Made by a program: the position numbers and the translations under genes
The notes under the pieces: generated by a model
Databases searched by the model: none
The model's input: the letters and a program-made list of their open reading frames with translations, nothing else
Told to the model about the DNA's origin: nothing
Source of the DNA: an uncultured Planctomycetales bacterium
GTDB taxonomy: Bacteria > Omnitrophota > Gorgyraeia > Gygaellales > Profunditerraquicolaceae
DNA length: 64,000 nucleotides
Assembly (NCBI GenBank): GCA_964487475.1
Contig: CAZAPM010000012.1
Coordinates: 2,031 to 66,030 of the forward strand
Direction: 5' to 3'
Shown: positions 1 to 9,869 of the stretch, one piece after another
How positions within the stretch are numbered: the first letter of the stretch is position 1
Layout: every line of letters begins with the position of its first letter

Positions 1-1497
1 GCGCACCTGATACACCGCCTTGGTCACGGACTTACCTTCATCCGTCAGCAGGGACATGAACTCCGCGGAGTCCACCGCCGCCACCAGCACCGGGATCTCC
101 TCGTGCTTGGTCACCTCGATATCGATGCCCACGGGCTGCTTGAGATACTTGAACGCCAGCAGGATGGGATTGGTGCTGCTCGACCACACCGACTGCGGCA
201 GTTCCCGCACGTCGATCGCGCTGACGTTCTCGGCCTTGTTCACCGCCAGCTCCACATTGGTGGAGGCGGCGATCCCGTAGAAACCCTTTTCCCTCTCGAC
301 ATTCAACGCGCGCAGCCAAGGGATCTGCGCCACTCCCGATCCTTCCCCGATCTTACGCTCATAGGAAAGGTTAAGCGCATACGTACCCCGCACCCCGAAA
401 TTGAGGTAGACATCGACATACTGGGTACCCTTATCCTGCGATACCTTCCAGTCCCGCAGCTCATTGCCCGAAACGCCCAGCACCGTCACATCCTCCGGCA
501 GCGCCAGACGGAAAGAAGGCACCTCGGACTGCAGGATGGAATAGGTCACCTGGCTCTGGCAGCGGATCACCGCGTCGCCGATAGCGGCGTAGGTGGTGGT
601 ATCCGCATACACCTTGGGCTCGAGCTTCACCGGAGCAATGGTCTCCTTGGGGATCGCCTTGGTCCAGCGCACCTGGATGACACTGGTGTTCGGCATGACC
701 GCCCAGGCGACCGTCGCCTTCTGCTCCCGCTTGATCTCGGTCTTGATGGAAGGCTCGATGAACACCTCGACTTCCGTTTCCGGCATGGTCAGCTCGAACT
801 GCGAGATCGGGGCCGGCATCACCTCGAAATTGAAATTCCCCGGCCCGCCTTCGCGCTCGCGATGCGCCTTGATCAGGAACTCGACGTCCAGCGAATACCT
901 GCCCGGACGGTCCACCATCAGGAAATATTTGCCCCCCTGCATGGTCACGAAGGAAGACCCGCGGTTGATCTTGACGTCGATCAGCCCTACGTCCGCGCGC
1001 ACCAGGGGTATCTGGGTCCATCCGGCGGAGAACACCTCGAAGAGCGCGTTGCCCTTGACGGAGACCACCTCGTCTTCGAGCTCCGCGGTATAATTGGTCC
1101 GGTAGATGACATACGGGGCCACCATGGCGCGGGAAGGAGCAGCGACCACCGGCCGGGAAGGCTTCTTGGCGTCCTGCTTCTTTTCGCGGCGGTCGGATTC
1201 CTCGTCCTTGACCAGGCCTTCCGCGCCGACCACCATGTCGCTGACCTCGACGTGCCTCTCAATATACTGTTGCACCGGAACAGCCGCGGACTGCTCCACC
1301 TGCTGACCGCCCCAGGACTCCTGCATGTAATAAGGCTCGTACTGACGGTTGCGCTCGTTGGTGAACTGCATGTTGCTCGGCGCCGCATTAAGGCGTTTCT
1401 GGATCTTTTCCTTGGTGCCTCCCGCGAAGAGCACTGCCGGAGCCGCCATCACGAACATTGCCGCAACCGCCGCGAACAACTTCATGTACCGAGCCAT
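1..1497 (-). CDS. Hypothetical secreted protein (5' part only; gene runs off the left edge of the window)
   Basis: Not in the ORF track because it is edge-truncated. Minus-strand translation from the ATG at 1497 gives MARYMKLFAAVAAMFVMAAPAVLFAGGTKEKIQKRLNAAPSNMQFTNERNRQYEPYYMQ, a signal-peptide-like N-terminus. The frame stays open in every segment I spot-checked down to ~pos 180 (…SSTNPILLAFKYLKQPVGID). The long plus ORF 103..1518 is its antisense shadow (R/H/L/D-rich). Confidence 0.5.
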   Translation of the reverse strand, partial: MARYMKLFAAVAAMFVMAAPAVLFAGGTKEKIQKRLNAAPSNMQFTNERNRQYEPYYMQESWGGQQVEQSAAVPVQQYIERHVEVSDMVVGAEGLVKDEESDRREKKQDAKKPSRPVVAAPSRAMVAPYVIYRTNYTAELEDEVVSVKGNALFEVFSAGWTQIPLVRADVGLIDVKINRGSSFVTMQGGKYFLMVDRPGRYSLDVEFLIKAHREREGGPGNFNFEVMPAPISQFELTMPETEVEVFIEPSIKTEIKREQKATVAWAVMPNTSVIQVRWTKAIPKETIAPVKLEPKVYADTTTYAAIGDAVIRCQSQVTYSILQSEVPSFRLALPEDVTVLGVSGNELRDWKVSQDKGTQYVDVYLNFGVRGTYALNLSYERKIGEGSGVAQIPWLRALNVEREKGFYGIAASTNVELAVNKAENVSAIDVRELPQSVWSSSTNPILLAFKYLKQPVGIDIEVTKHEEIPVLVAAVDSAEFMSLLTDEGKSVTKAVYQVR

Positions 1498-1611
1498 AGT
1501 TCCCCCGTCTTTTATTGACGCGCTGAAGCCGCTTTTACGTCTCCATCTCTGAATTCCGGCAGCCTCTGGCGCTTTTGCCGGAATTCATCCCGAGCTATGA
1601 TCGGGACCAGC

Positions 1612-2868
1612 TTATGTTCCCATCTCCCAACTTGCCAGGTACTTCTTCTGCTCTGCCGTAAGCGTATCTATCTTCATACCCATGGACTTAAGCTTCAGAT
1701 ACGCGATATTCTTATCGATGGCATCGGGAACCTTGAGCACCACCTTACCCAGCGTATCGTGATGCTGGGCCATGTATTCGGCCGAAAGCGCCTGATTGGC
1801 AAAGGACATATCCATCACCTGCGCCGGATGCCCTTCGGCAGCGGCCAGGTTGATCAAACGTCCCTCTCCCAGCAGAAACACCTTCTTGCCCGTAGGCAGG
1901 GTGAACTCCTCCACGAACTCGCGGATGGTGCGCACCTTCCTGCTCATTTTCTTCAGGGCCGGGATGTCGATCTCCACGTTGAAATGCCCGGAGTTGCACA
2001 CGATCGCGCCGTCCTTCATGCTCTTGAAATGCTCCGCGCGCAGCACTCCGATATCCCCGGTCACGGTGATATAGATATCCCCGTAGCGCACCGCTTCCTT
2101 CATCGGCATCACTTCGAAACCGTCGCAGGTAGCTTCCAGCGCGCGCAGAGGATCGATCTCGGTGACGATCACGCGCGAGCCCATACCCTTGGCGCGCATG
2201 GCCGTGCCTTTCCCGCACCAGCCGTACCCCGCCACCACGACCGTCGCCCCCGCCAGGAGCTTGTTCGTGGCGCGGATGACCCCGTCGAGCGTCGACTGCC
2301 CGGTGCCGTAGCGGTTATCGAACATATGCTTGGTGTAGGCATCGTTGACCGCGATGATCGGGTACCGCAGCTTCCCGTCCGCCGCCAGAGCCTTGAGCCG
2401 GATCACGCCGGTGGTGGTCTCCTCCGTGCCGCCGATGATATCCGGGAACTCAGCGGGCTTGGCCTGATGGATGTGGCCTACCAGGTCCGCGCCGTCATCC
2501 ATGGTCATGCAGGGGCTGATCGCCAGGGCGGCTTTCAGATGCGCGTAATACGTCTTGGTGTCCTCCCCCTTGATGGCGAACACCGGGATCTTCAGATGCT
2601 TGACCAGGGACGCCGCCACGTCATCCTGCGTCGAGAGCGGATTGGACGCGCACAGCGCCACCTCCGCCCCGCCCGCCACCAGCACCTCCATCAGCACCGC
2701 GGTCTCGGTCGTGACGTGCAGGCAGGCTGCCAGCTTGTAGCCGTCCAGCGGCTTTTCCTTCTCGAACCGGTCGCGCACCAGCTTCAATACCGGCATGTTG
2801 TTGCGCGCCCACTCGATGCGCAGCGCGCCTTTTTCCGCCAGCTGCATGTTCTTCACGTCATATTTCAT
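1612..2868 (-). CDS. ahcY: Adenosylhomocysteinase (S-adenosyl-L-homocysteine hydrolase)
   Basis: 418 aa; NAD-binding GYGWCGKG motif; globally like AhcY/SahH. Confidence 0.9.
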   Translation of the reverse strand: MKYDVKNMQLAEKGALRIEWARNNMPVLKLVRDRFEKEKPLDGYKLAACLHVTTETAVLMEVLVAGGAEVALCASNPLSTQDDVAASLVKHLKIPVFAIKGEDTKTYYAHLKAALAISPCMTMDDGADLVGHIHQAKPAEFPDIIGGTEETTTGVIRLKALAADGKLRYPIIAVNDAYTKHMFDNRYGTGQSTLDGVIRATNKLLAGATVVVAGYGWCGKGTAMRAKGMGSRVIVTEIDPLRALEATCDGFEVMPMKEAVRYGDIYITVTGDIGVLRAEHFKSMKDGAIVCNSGHFNVEIDIPALKKMSRKVRTIREFVEEFTLPTGKKVFLLGEGRLINLAAAEGHPAQVMDMSFANQALSAEYMAQHHDTLGKVVLKVPDAIDKNIAYLKLKSMGMKIDTLTAEQKKYLASWEMGT

Positions 2869-2918
2869 CTGCTTCGCTCCTCGCGTAACGGGCCGATCCT
2901 GCCGCCCGGCAATGATTA

Positions 2919-4097
2919 TTAAAGGTGTGCCGCCGCTTTCTTCAGCGCCGCCGCCTTATCCGTGCGCTCCCAGGCGAAGGACGATTCGTCCCGGCCGAAG
3001 TGCCCGTAGCAGGCGGTCTTAAGATAGACCGGCTTGCGCAATTCCAGGGTAGAGATGATCCCCTTGGGGGTCAGGTCGAAATTCTCCCGGATCAGCGTGA
3101 CGAACTCGGAGTCGCAGAGCTTGCCCGTGCCGAACGTATCCACGAAGATCGACAACGGATCGGCGTAGCCGATGACGTAGGAAAGCTGCACCATGAACTT
3201 GTCCGCCAGCCCCGCGGCCACGATGTTCTTGGCCACGTAACGGCACATATACGCCGCCGAACGGTCGACCTTGGTCGGGTCCTTGCCGGAGAACGCACCG
3301 CCGCCGTGAGGAACCACGCCGCCGTAGGTGTCCACGATGATCTTGCGGCCGGTCATACCCGTATCCGACTGCGGTCCGCCGATGACGAACTTGCCCGTCT
3401 GGTTCACGTAATACTTGGTCTTTTTATCCACCAGGCGCTTGAGCACCGGCTGGGCGATCACTTCGATCATCTCCTTGCGCGCCTTGTCCGTGATATGCTG
3501 GCCGCTCCTGTCCAGGATATCGTCGGTATGCTGGCAGGCCAGCACCACCGAATCCACGCGCACCGCTTTTCCGTCCTCGTACTCCACCGTCACCTGCGAT
3601 TTGCAGTCGGGGCCGAGGTATTTCAGGGTATTGCTGCGGCGCACGTCCGCCATGCGCTTGACCAGCTTATGGGAAAGCATGATCGGCAGCGGCATCAGCT
3701 CTTCCGTCTCGTTGCTGGCGTACCCGAACATGATCCCCTGGTCCCCGGCGCCGCCGGTGTTGACGCCCTGGGCGATGTCGGGTGACTGGGCGTTGATGGT
3801 GTTGACGATGGCGCAGGTATTGCAGTCGAACCCGTAGCGGGGATGGGTATACCCGATATCCCGGATGATGCCGCGCGCAAGCTTCTGGATGTCGATGTAC
3901 GCGTCGGTGGTGATCTCGCCGCCCACGATCAGCAGCCCCATAGTCACGTAAGTCTCGCAGGCAACGCGGGTACGCTCCTTATGGGAATCCCTGCGCAAGA
4001 CCTCGTCCAAGACCGCATCCGAAATCTGGTCGCAGACTTTATCGGGATGCCCTTCACCAACGGATTCAGAAGTGAAAAAATGCTTGCGTGACGCCAT
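2919..4097 (-). CDS. metK: S-adenosylmethionine synthetase
   Basis: 392 aa; N-terminal [13 protein letters not shown] and [19 protein letters not shown] motifs typical of MetK. Confidence 0.92.
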   Translation of the reverse strand: MASRKHFFTSESVGEGHPDKVCDQISDAVLDEVLRRDSHKERTRVACETYVTMGLLIVGGEITTDAYIDIQKLARGIIRDIGYTHPRYGFDCNTCAIVNTINAQSPDIAQGVNTGGAGDQGIMFGYASNETEELMPLPIMLSHKLVKRMADVRRSNTLKYLGPDCKSQVTVEYEDGKAVRVDSVVLACQHTDDILDRSGQHITDKARKEMIEVIAQPVLKRLVDKKTKYYVNQTGKFVIGGPQSDTGMTGRKIIVDTYGGVVPHGGGAFSGKDPTKVDRSAAYMCRYVAKNIVAAGLADKFMVQLSYVIGYADPLSIFVDTFGTGKLCDSEFVTLIRENFDLTPKGIISTLELRKPVYLKTACYGHFGRDESSFAWERTDKAAALKKAAAHL

Positions 4098-4121
4098 GTC
4101 GCTTCCTCCTTGTACGGAATA

Positions 4122-4865
4122 TCACGGGGAGCCGAAGCTCTTCCGTGCCTGGTTGTAATACGCCTTGTGGCCGATATCGAACCAACGGCCGGAAAATGCA
4201 TATGCATACACCGCTTCCTGGCGGCGCAGCCAATCGATATAGAATCCCGCCGCATCGTGCTTATGGGACGCATCCTGCGCGTAGAGGCTGATCAGCTGCA
4301 CCTTGCTGCGGGGGAAAAAATAGAGGCACATCGCCACCAGGCTGGAGGCCGGACGGGCGGGCTTTTCCTGGAAATCCGTGACCCGGTTGAGCCGGTTGAC
4401 CTTGATCACCCCATACTGGGTAGCCAGTGCTTTCCGCTTCATGTCATGGACGCCGATGACCGGGCTGTTCCGCTTTCTCCGGCACATGGCAAGGAACCCC
4501 TCCAACCCGCCGTCGAAGATATTATCCCCGCCGATCACCAGCAGGTCGTCCTTGATGCGCATGCGTTCCACGCAGAAATACATGTCTCCGATGGCCCCGC
4601 GGCGGTCTTCCAGGGTCGAGGTCAGATCGTCGACCAGCGTGATCTTCTTCGGGCAGCGCAGCCCCTTCTTCCACTGCTGGAAGAGCCGGAAAAAACGGCT
4701 GTTGGTGACCACCAGGATCTCGTCCACCTCATCCAGCCCGGAGACCTTGTCGATGATATGCTCGATCATCGGCCTGCCGCCCACTTCCAGGAGCGGCTTC
4801 GGGAAATTCTTCGTGAGCGGATAGAGCCTCGTAGCATAACCGGCAGCCAAGATGAGCACTTTCAT
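4122..4865 (-). CDS. Sugar-phosphate nucleotidyltransferase family protein (NTP_transferase fold)
   Basis: 247 aa; N-terminal KVLILAAGYATRLYPLT matches the G-x-G-T-R nucleotidyltransferase signature (RmlA/GlmU-N-like). Confidence 0.7.
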   Translation of the reverse strand: MKVLILAAGYATRLYPLTKNFPKPLLEVGGRPMIEHIIDKVSGLDEVDEILVVTNSRFFRLFQQWKKGLRCPKKITLVDDLTSTLEDRRGAIGDMYFCVERMRIKDDLLVIGGDNIFDGGLEGFLAMCRRKRNSPVIGVHDMKRKALATQYGVIKVNRLNRVTDFQEKPARPASSLVAMCLYFFPRSKVQLISLYAQDASHKHDAAGFYIDWLRRQEAVYAYAFSGRWFDIGHKAYYNQARKSFGSP

Positions 4866-4874
4866 AAGGAACGC

Positions 4875-6620
4875 TTATATCCCCAGTATCTGCTTCAGTT
4901 TTTCCTGACTGAACTCTTCGACCTGCTTGCCGGTGGAAAGGGTCAGCGCCTGAGCGGCGATCTCCTGCACCTGCGGCACGGTGACGGAGCGCACCAGGTA
5001 TTTGACCTTCGGGATCACCAATGCCGGCATGGACAATTCGTCGATGCCCAGCCCCAGAAGGATAAGCACCAGGGCCGGCTCTCCCGCCATTTCCCCGCAC
5101 ATCCCCACCCAGATCCCCGCCTGATGCGCGGAATCGATGATATTCTTGATCAGCCGCAGCACCGCCGGATGGGCCGGTTCGTAGAGATACGCCACTTTTT
5201 CGTTCGCGCGGTCCACCGCCAGGGAATACTGGATCAGGTCATTGGTGCCGATGCTGAAAAAATCCGCTTCCCGCGCCAGCAGATCCGCGGTCATGGCCGC
5301 CGAAGGGACCTCGATCATCGCCCCGATCTCGATATCCTCCTTGTACGGCACCCCCTCCCGGCGCAGCTCCTCCATCGCCTCCCGGAGGATGGCGTTGGCC
5401 TGCTGCATCTCCTCGATCCCCGAGATCATCGGGTACATCAACTTGAGGTTGCCGTGCACGGCGGCCCGCAGGATACCCCGCAGCTGCACCTTGAAGATAT
5501 CCGGCCGCGCCAGGCAGAAACGTATCGCGCGCCACCCCAGAAAAGGCTGCATCTCCTGGGGAAGCTGGAACTGCGAAAGGAACTTATCGCCGCCTAAGTC
5601 CAGGGTGCGGATGATCACCGGATGCGGATTCATCTCCTCGGCCACGTATTTGTAGGCCTGGTAATGCTCCTCTTCGGTGGGGTAATCCTTACGGTTCATG
5701 TAAAAGAACTCGGTACGGTACAGGCCGATGCCTAAGCCTCCGTGCTGTTTCACCGAAGGCACCTCGTCCGGGAACTCGATGTTTCCCACCAGCTCGATGG
5801 CACGGTTGTCCCTGGTCACCGCCGGCAGGTCCTTGACCTGCAGGAACTGCTCGGAGATGCCGATCAGGTTCAGGGCTTCCCGGCGGTACTCCTCCAGGGT
5901 CGCTTCGTCAGGATTGGCGATCACCACGCCGTGCATACCGTCCACGATCAGCATATCCCCCGCCCGGATCTTGTTCAGCGCCTCTCCCGCGCCCACCACA
6001 GCCGGGATCTCCAGGGATTTCGCCATGATGGCGGTATGCGAGGTCTTGCCTCCGATATCCGTAACGAACGCGCAGACGTTCTGGCGGTGCATCGCTGCCG
6101 TGTCCGAAGGGGAAAGGTCATGCGCCACCACCACCACCTTCTCCTTGAGGTCCTCCAGACCCCGGCGCTCCTTGCCCAGCAGGTTGCGCAGGATGCGTTT
6201 GCCCACGTCGTTGATATCCGCGGTGCGCTCCTTGAGGTATTCGTCCTCGATCCTCGAGAAGATATCCACGTATTTCTTGAGCACTTCCGAAAAGATGAAC
6301 GCGACGCTGACCCGCTCCTTCTTGAGGCGCGAGATCACCTCCTCGATGATCATGCGGTCCTCGAGCACCAGGATATGCGCGTCGAAGATCTGCGCCTCCT
6401 CCTGGCCCATCTCGGTGGCGATGCGCTTCTGCAGCTCGATGATCTCCTTGCGGGTCTGGATCAGCGCTTCCTCAAAGAGCTGGATCTGCAGGGGGATATC
6501 CTCCTGCCTGATCTCCTCGCGCGGGACGGCAAACTCCTCCTTGCCCAGCTTGTAGGCCGGAGCAATGGCGATACCGCCTGCCGCCGCGATCCCTTTTATC
6601 TGAAACATCGTCTGTCCCAT
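4875..6620 (-). CDS. ptsI: Phosphoenolpyruvate-protein phosphotransferase (PTS enzyme I)
   Basis: 581 aa; GGKTSHTAIMAKSLEIPAVVG phospho-His region and C-terminal PEP-utilising TIM barrel (IGTNDLIQYSLAVDR). Confidence 0.9.
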   Translation of the reverse strand: MGQTMFQIKGIAAAGGIAIAPAYKLGKEEFAVPREEIRQEDIPLQIQLFEEALIQTRKEIIELQKRIATEMGQEEAQIFDAHILVLEDRMIIEEVISRLKKERVSVAFIFSEVLKKYVDIFSRIEDEYLKERTADINDVGKRILRNLLGKERRGLEDLKEKVVVVAHDLSPSDTAAMHRQNVCAFVTDIGGKTSHTAIMAKSLEIPAVVGAGEALNKIRAGDMLIVDGMHGVVIANPDEATLEEYRREALNLIGISEQFLQVKDLPAVTRDNRAIELVGNIEFPDEVPSVKQHGGLGIGLYRTEFFYMNRKDYPTEEEHYQAYKYVAEEMNPHPVIIRTLDLGGDKFLSQFQLPQEMQPFLGWRAIRFCLARPDIFKVQLRGILRAAVHGNLKLMYPMISGIEEMQQANAILREAMEELRREGVPYKEDIEIGAMIEVPSAAMTADLLAREADFFSIGTNDLIQYSLAVDRANEKVAYLYEPAHPAVLRLIKNIIDSAHQAGIWVGMCGEMAGEPALVLILLGLGIDELSMPALVIPKVKYLVRSVTVPQVQEIAAQALTLSTGKQVEEFSQEKLKQILGI

Positions 6621-6629
6621 CGCTCCCCG

Positions 6630-6893
6630 CTATTCCTCGCTTAACACCAGCCGCTCGAGCTCATCCAAAGCCGCCTGGGCATCCGCACCCTCCGCTTCGA
6701 TGACGATCTCGCTGTCCTTCTCCGCGCCGAGCATGAGAATACCCATGATGGACTTGCCGTTGACCTCCTCGCCGTCACGGCGCACCGTGACCCGGGCGTC
6801 GAACTTGTTCGCCACCTGCACGAAAAGCGCCGCCGGACGGGCATGCAAGCCCTGCTTATTCTTCACTATGACTGTTTTACTCAATACCGCCAT
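6630..6893 (-). CDS. ptsH: Phosphocarrier protein HPr
   Basis: 87 aa; active-site GLHARPA motif. Confidence 0.88.
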   Translation of the reverse strand: MAVLSKTVIVKNKQGLHARPAALFVQVANKFDARVTVRRDGEEVNGKSIMGILMLGAEKDSEIVIEAEGADAQAALDELERLVLSEE

Positions 6894-6914
6894 GGCTGTT
6901 CCCCTTACGGGGCC

Positions 6915-8183
6915 TTAAAATTCCTCTAATATCCCGAAAATGACCCTGGCCAGCTTGGCCGGATCATGCCGGACGACCGCGCCGTCCACGAACACCGTGT
7001 CATCCTCCAACACCCGGTATCCGAGGGTGCGGACCCGCTTTATATCGCTCAAAACCTGCCCCGACCCCTCACTCTCGTAACGCTTGAGGATCTGTTCGGG
7101 GATATGCCCGCCGTTGACGATGCAGTAATCGAATATCCGCTGATGGGAATGCGCCACCAGCGCCTTGATATGGTCAGAGACCGAAAACCCGTCCGTTTCC
7201 CCCGGCTGGGTCATGATATTGCACACATACACCTTGATGGCGTCCGATGCGACGATGGCATCCGTGATCTCCCCGATCAGCAGATTGGGGATGATGCTGG
7301 TATACAGGGATCCCGGCCCCAGGACGATGATCTCCGCGTCCTTGATCGCCTCCACCGCCTCGGGCGTCGCCGTCGGCTGGTCGGGCTTCAGGGACACCCG
7401 GGTCACCGGCACCCCGGACTTAGGGATCAGGTGCTCTCCCTCCGTGACCGTACCGTCCTTATGCTGGGCCACCAGCACCACGTTATTGAGCGTCGACGGG
7501 ACCACCTTGCCGCGCAACGCCAGGACCTTGCTCGTTTCCTTCAGCGCCTTCTCGAAATCCCCGGTCACCCGCGTCATGGCGGTGATGAAGAGGTTCCCGA
7601 AAGAATGGCCGGAAAGCTCGGAACCGCCCTCGAATCTGAACTGAAAAAGGTCGCGCATCAGGGTCGAGGCGTCCGCCAGCGCCACCAGGCAGTTGCGGAT
7701 ATCGCCCGGAGGCAGGATATCGAACTGCTGCCGCAGGCGCCCCGATGACCCGCCGTCGTCGGCCACGGTCACGATCGCGGTGATATTGGAGGTGTACTCC
7801 TTGAGGCCTGAGAGCAAGGCCGAAAGCCCCGTGCCCCCGCCCACCGCCACGATCTTGGGCCCTTTTCCCAGCTGCTTCCTCTGATAGAGAATATCCACCA
7901 GCCCCGTCTCGCGCGACGCGGGACTTACCGCCGCCAGGAATGAGCGGATCATCCGGTTGACCCCCAGCACCAGGATGATGATGCCGGAGACGATGACCGT
8001 CAGATCCAGAAATTGAATGATCCAGAATTCTTCGCTGCGCAAATGCGCGGAGCCGATCACCACCAGCACCACGCCGAAACTGCCCAGCACTATCCAGCGC
8101 TTGACCCCTATGCCCGGATAGAGCCACTTGAATATCCCTGCCACTTTGAAACCGGAGTGAGAGGCGTTAAATCTTTTTTTCAT
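6915..8183 (-). CDS. YvcK/CofD-family (UPF0052, gluconeogenesis factor) protein with an N-terminal ~110-aa two-TM membrane anchor
   Basis: 422 aa; core IVAVGGGTGLSALLSGLK…VTVADDGGSSGRLR…LPPGDIRNCLVAL is diagnostic of YvcK. The N-terminus has two hydrophobic helices (WIVLGSFGVVLVVIG, LTVIVSGIIILVLGV). Confidence 0.75.
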   Translation of the reverse strand: MKKRFNASHSGFKVAGIFKWLYPGIGVKRWIVLGSFGVVLVVIGSAHLRSEEFWIIQFLDLTVIVSGIIILVLGVNRMIRSFLAAVSPASRETGLVDILYQRKQLGKGPKIVAVGGGTGLSALLSGLKEYTSNITAIVTVADDGGSSGRLRQQFDILPPGDIRNCLVALADASTLMRDLFQFRFEGGSELSGHSFGNLFITAMTRVTGDFEKALKETSKVLALRGKVVPSTLNNVVLVAQHKDGTVTEGEHLIPKSGVPVTRVSLKPDQPTATPEAVEAIKDAEIIVLGPGSLYTSIIPNLLIGEITDAIVASDAIKVYVCNIMTQPGETDGFSVSDHIKALVAHSHQRIFDYCIVNGGHIPEQILKRYESEGSGQVLSDIKRVRTLGYRVLEDDTVFVDGAVVRHDPAKLARVIFGILEEF

Positions 8184-8637
8184 CTTCCTGCGAGATGATA
8201 TTGATCACGGCCTGGGGAGCGTCACAGTGCCGCAGGGAATCGCGGAAGTATTTATCCTTCAGCAGCCGGGAGATACGCGCCAGCGCTTTCAAGTGCGGAC
8301 CGGCGGAATCCTGGGGCGCGACGAGAAGGAAGAAAATATAGACCGGCTCACCGTCGAGCGAATCGAAATCGATGCCCCGGCGGGAAAGCGCGAAGGCCGC
8401 CACCAGCTTATCTACGCAATCGCACTTAGCGTGCGGGATGGCCACGCCCTGCCCGATGGCCGTCGAGCCGAGCGATTCCCTGGCCATCAGCGAATCGATG
8501 AGCCGGGTGCGGTTCTTCTTGTCGATCTCCTCGGCGGAGATCAGGGCGTCCACCAGCTCTTTGATCACGTCGTCCTTTTTCTCGGACTTGATATCCATGA
8601 CCAGAGCCTTCGTTGAGAGAAAATCCATTATCTTCAT
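8167..8637 (-). CDS. ptsN: PTS EIIA(Ntr)-type regulatory protein (PtsN-like)
   Basis: 156 aa; GSTAIGQGVAIPHAK phosphorylation-site motif of fructose/nitrogen-type EIIA. Confidence 0.75.
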   Translation of the reverse strand: MKIMDFLSTKALVMDIKSEKKDDVIKELVDALISAEEIDKKNRTRLIDSLMARESLGSTAIGQGVAIPHAKCDCVDKLVAAFALSRRGIDFDSLDGEPVYIFFLLVAPQDSAGPHLKALARISRLLKDKYFRDSLRHCDAPQAVINIISQEDEKKI

Positions 8638-8744
8638 GCGGTCGATCTCCTTACTGGTTACTTATTACAAAAGCACCAGCCACTTGCCACTTCCTTGAGA
8701 AAAAAGTGAACATGCACTGGTGCTCTTGTCTTTGCGATTAAAAG

Positions 8745-8821
<77 letters not shown>

Positions 8822-8882
8822 ATAAGCCTGATTGTCATTTGCTGCCTGATCCGCTGCTGCCTGTACCGCCGCACTGGATCAA

Positions 8883-8964
8883 TGCGGACGGAGGGATTTG
8901 AACCCCCAAGGGTCACCCCAATAGCTCCTAAGGCTATCGCGTATGCCAGTTCCGCCACGTCCGC
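8883..8964 (-). tRNA. tRNA-Leu (anticodon TAG), long variable arm
   Basis: Reverse complement GCGGACGTGGCGGAACTGGCATACGCGATAGCCTTAGGAGCTATTGGGGTGACCCTTGGGGGTTCAAATCCCTCCGTCCGCA; class-II tRNA; anticodon loop CTTAGGA. Confidence 0.8.
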
Positions 8965-9134
8965 TTAGCAAAAGCGCACCCCCCAGCAAGGGGGTACTGG
9001 CGCAATACCGCTAAGCGCCAGGTACCGCGCGTGGGGAAAAACTCAATGAGCCTCTCCCTCGCATAATCGACCCTTCGATTCCTCCGGAATCTTCGGGTCA
9101 TGCTTCGGGACACGGCGTCAACCAACCAGATCAA

Positions 9135-9207
9135 TGAGCCTCCCGCGACTCGAACGCGGCACAGCCACCTTAAAAGGGTGGTGCTCTACCAGATGAGCTA
9201 GAGGCCC
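9135..9207 (-). tRNA. tRNA-Lys (anticodon TTT)
   Basis: Reverse complement GGGCCTCTAGCTCATCTGGTAGAGCACCACCCTTTTAAGGTGGCTGTGCCGCGTTCGAGTCGCGGGAGGCTCA; GTTCGAGTC T-loop; anticodon loop CTTTTAA. Confidence 0.8.
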
Positions 9208-9294
9208 GAACTTAACACCTGCCTCTGGAACCTTGCACCCGATCTTATCGGATGGATCGGTGTCCCGCCTTCTGCGGGAAGCTAGAGGCCCGAA
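9197..9294. repeat. 15-bp direct repeats AGCTAGAGGCCCGAA (9196-9210 and 9280-9294) flanking a ~69-bp dual-hairpin element; repeat 1 is the 5' end of tRNA-Lys
   Basis: Read directly: gagctagaggcccgaac … cacccgatcTTATCGGATGgatcggtg tcccgccttctgcgggaa gctagaggcccgaaaac. Confidence 0.6.
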
Positions 9295-9298
9295 AACA

Positions 9299-9859
9299 CT
9301 ATACCTCGGTGACCTCTTTTTCCTTGAGCTTCAGGAGGTCGTCCACCTTGGCAATATATTTGTCGACCATCTTCTGGAGATCGTCGATCCCGCGGAACTT
9401 ATCGTCCTCGGTCACGACCTTGTCCTTCTCCAGTTTCTCGATCGCTTCCTTCGCGTCCCGGCGGATGGTGCGCAGCGATACCCGGCCCTCTTCGGCCATG
9501 CCGTGTATCTGCTTGACCATCTCCCCGCGGCGGTCCTTGGAAAGCTGCGGGACCGAAAGCCTCACCACTTTGCCGTCGTTGGAAGGCATGATCCCCAGAT
9601 TCGACTTATTGATCGCCTTCTCGATCTCCGGGATCACGGACACGTCCCAGGGCTGGATGGTGATCAGATGCGCATCCGGCACGGCGATCTGCGCCAGCTG
9701 CTTCAAAAGCGTGGGCGTGCCGTAATAATCGATGTGCAGCCCCTCCACCAGATGGGGGCTGGCCCTGCCGGTACGCACCTCGGAGAATTCGCGGACCACC
9801 GAATCGTACGATTTCTTGAACTTCTCTTCCGTATGATGGAGGATCTCTCTGACTGTCAT
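9299..9859 (-). CDS. frr: Ribosome recycling factor
   Basis: 187 aa from MTVREIL…; conserved RRF helices and the C-terminal DRRGEMVKQIH…RRDAKEAI region. Confidence 0.9.
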   Translation of the reverse strand: MTVREILHHTEEKFKKSYDSVVREFSEVRTGRASPHLVEGLHIDYYGTPTLLKQLAQIAVPDAHLITIQPWDVSVIPEIEKAINKSNLGIMPSNDGKVVRLSVPQLSKDRRGEMVKQIHGMAEEGRVSLRTIRRDAKEAIEKLEKDKVVTEDDKFRGIDDLQKMVDKYIAKVDDLLKLKEKEVTEV

Positions 9860-9869
9860 GGCGACCACC

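Noticed and set aside
103-1518. 471-aa plus-strand ORF at the left end
   Set aside because: Arg/His/Leu/Asp/Gly-rich low-complexity composition with no motifs. It is the antisense shadow of the minus-strand secreted-protein gene that starts at 1497.
8638-8744. sigma54-like TGGCAAG…TGGTGC upstream of ptsN
   Set aside because: Poor match to the -12 element. The sequence is better explained as part of an 8-bp-stem hairpin (AGCACCAG…CTGGTGCT-TTTG) that probably terminates the tRNA transcript.
9036-9134. tRNA-like fragment between tRNA-Leu and tRNA-Lys (ends …GGGAGAGGCTCA, shares tcaatgagcctc with the tRNA-Lys 3' flank)
   Set aside because: No T-loop (GTTCRANYC) or D-loop consensus and no cloverleaf. 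It is probably a degenerate duplication of the tRNA-Lys 3' region rather than a functional tRNA.
9197-9294. Prophage or genomic-island integration at tRNA-Lys
   Set aside because: The direct repeats enclose only ~69 bp containing the dual-hairpin element. There is no integrase or cargo gene, so this is at most a miniature insertion.
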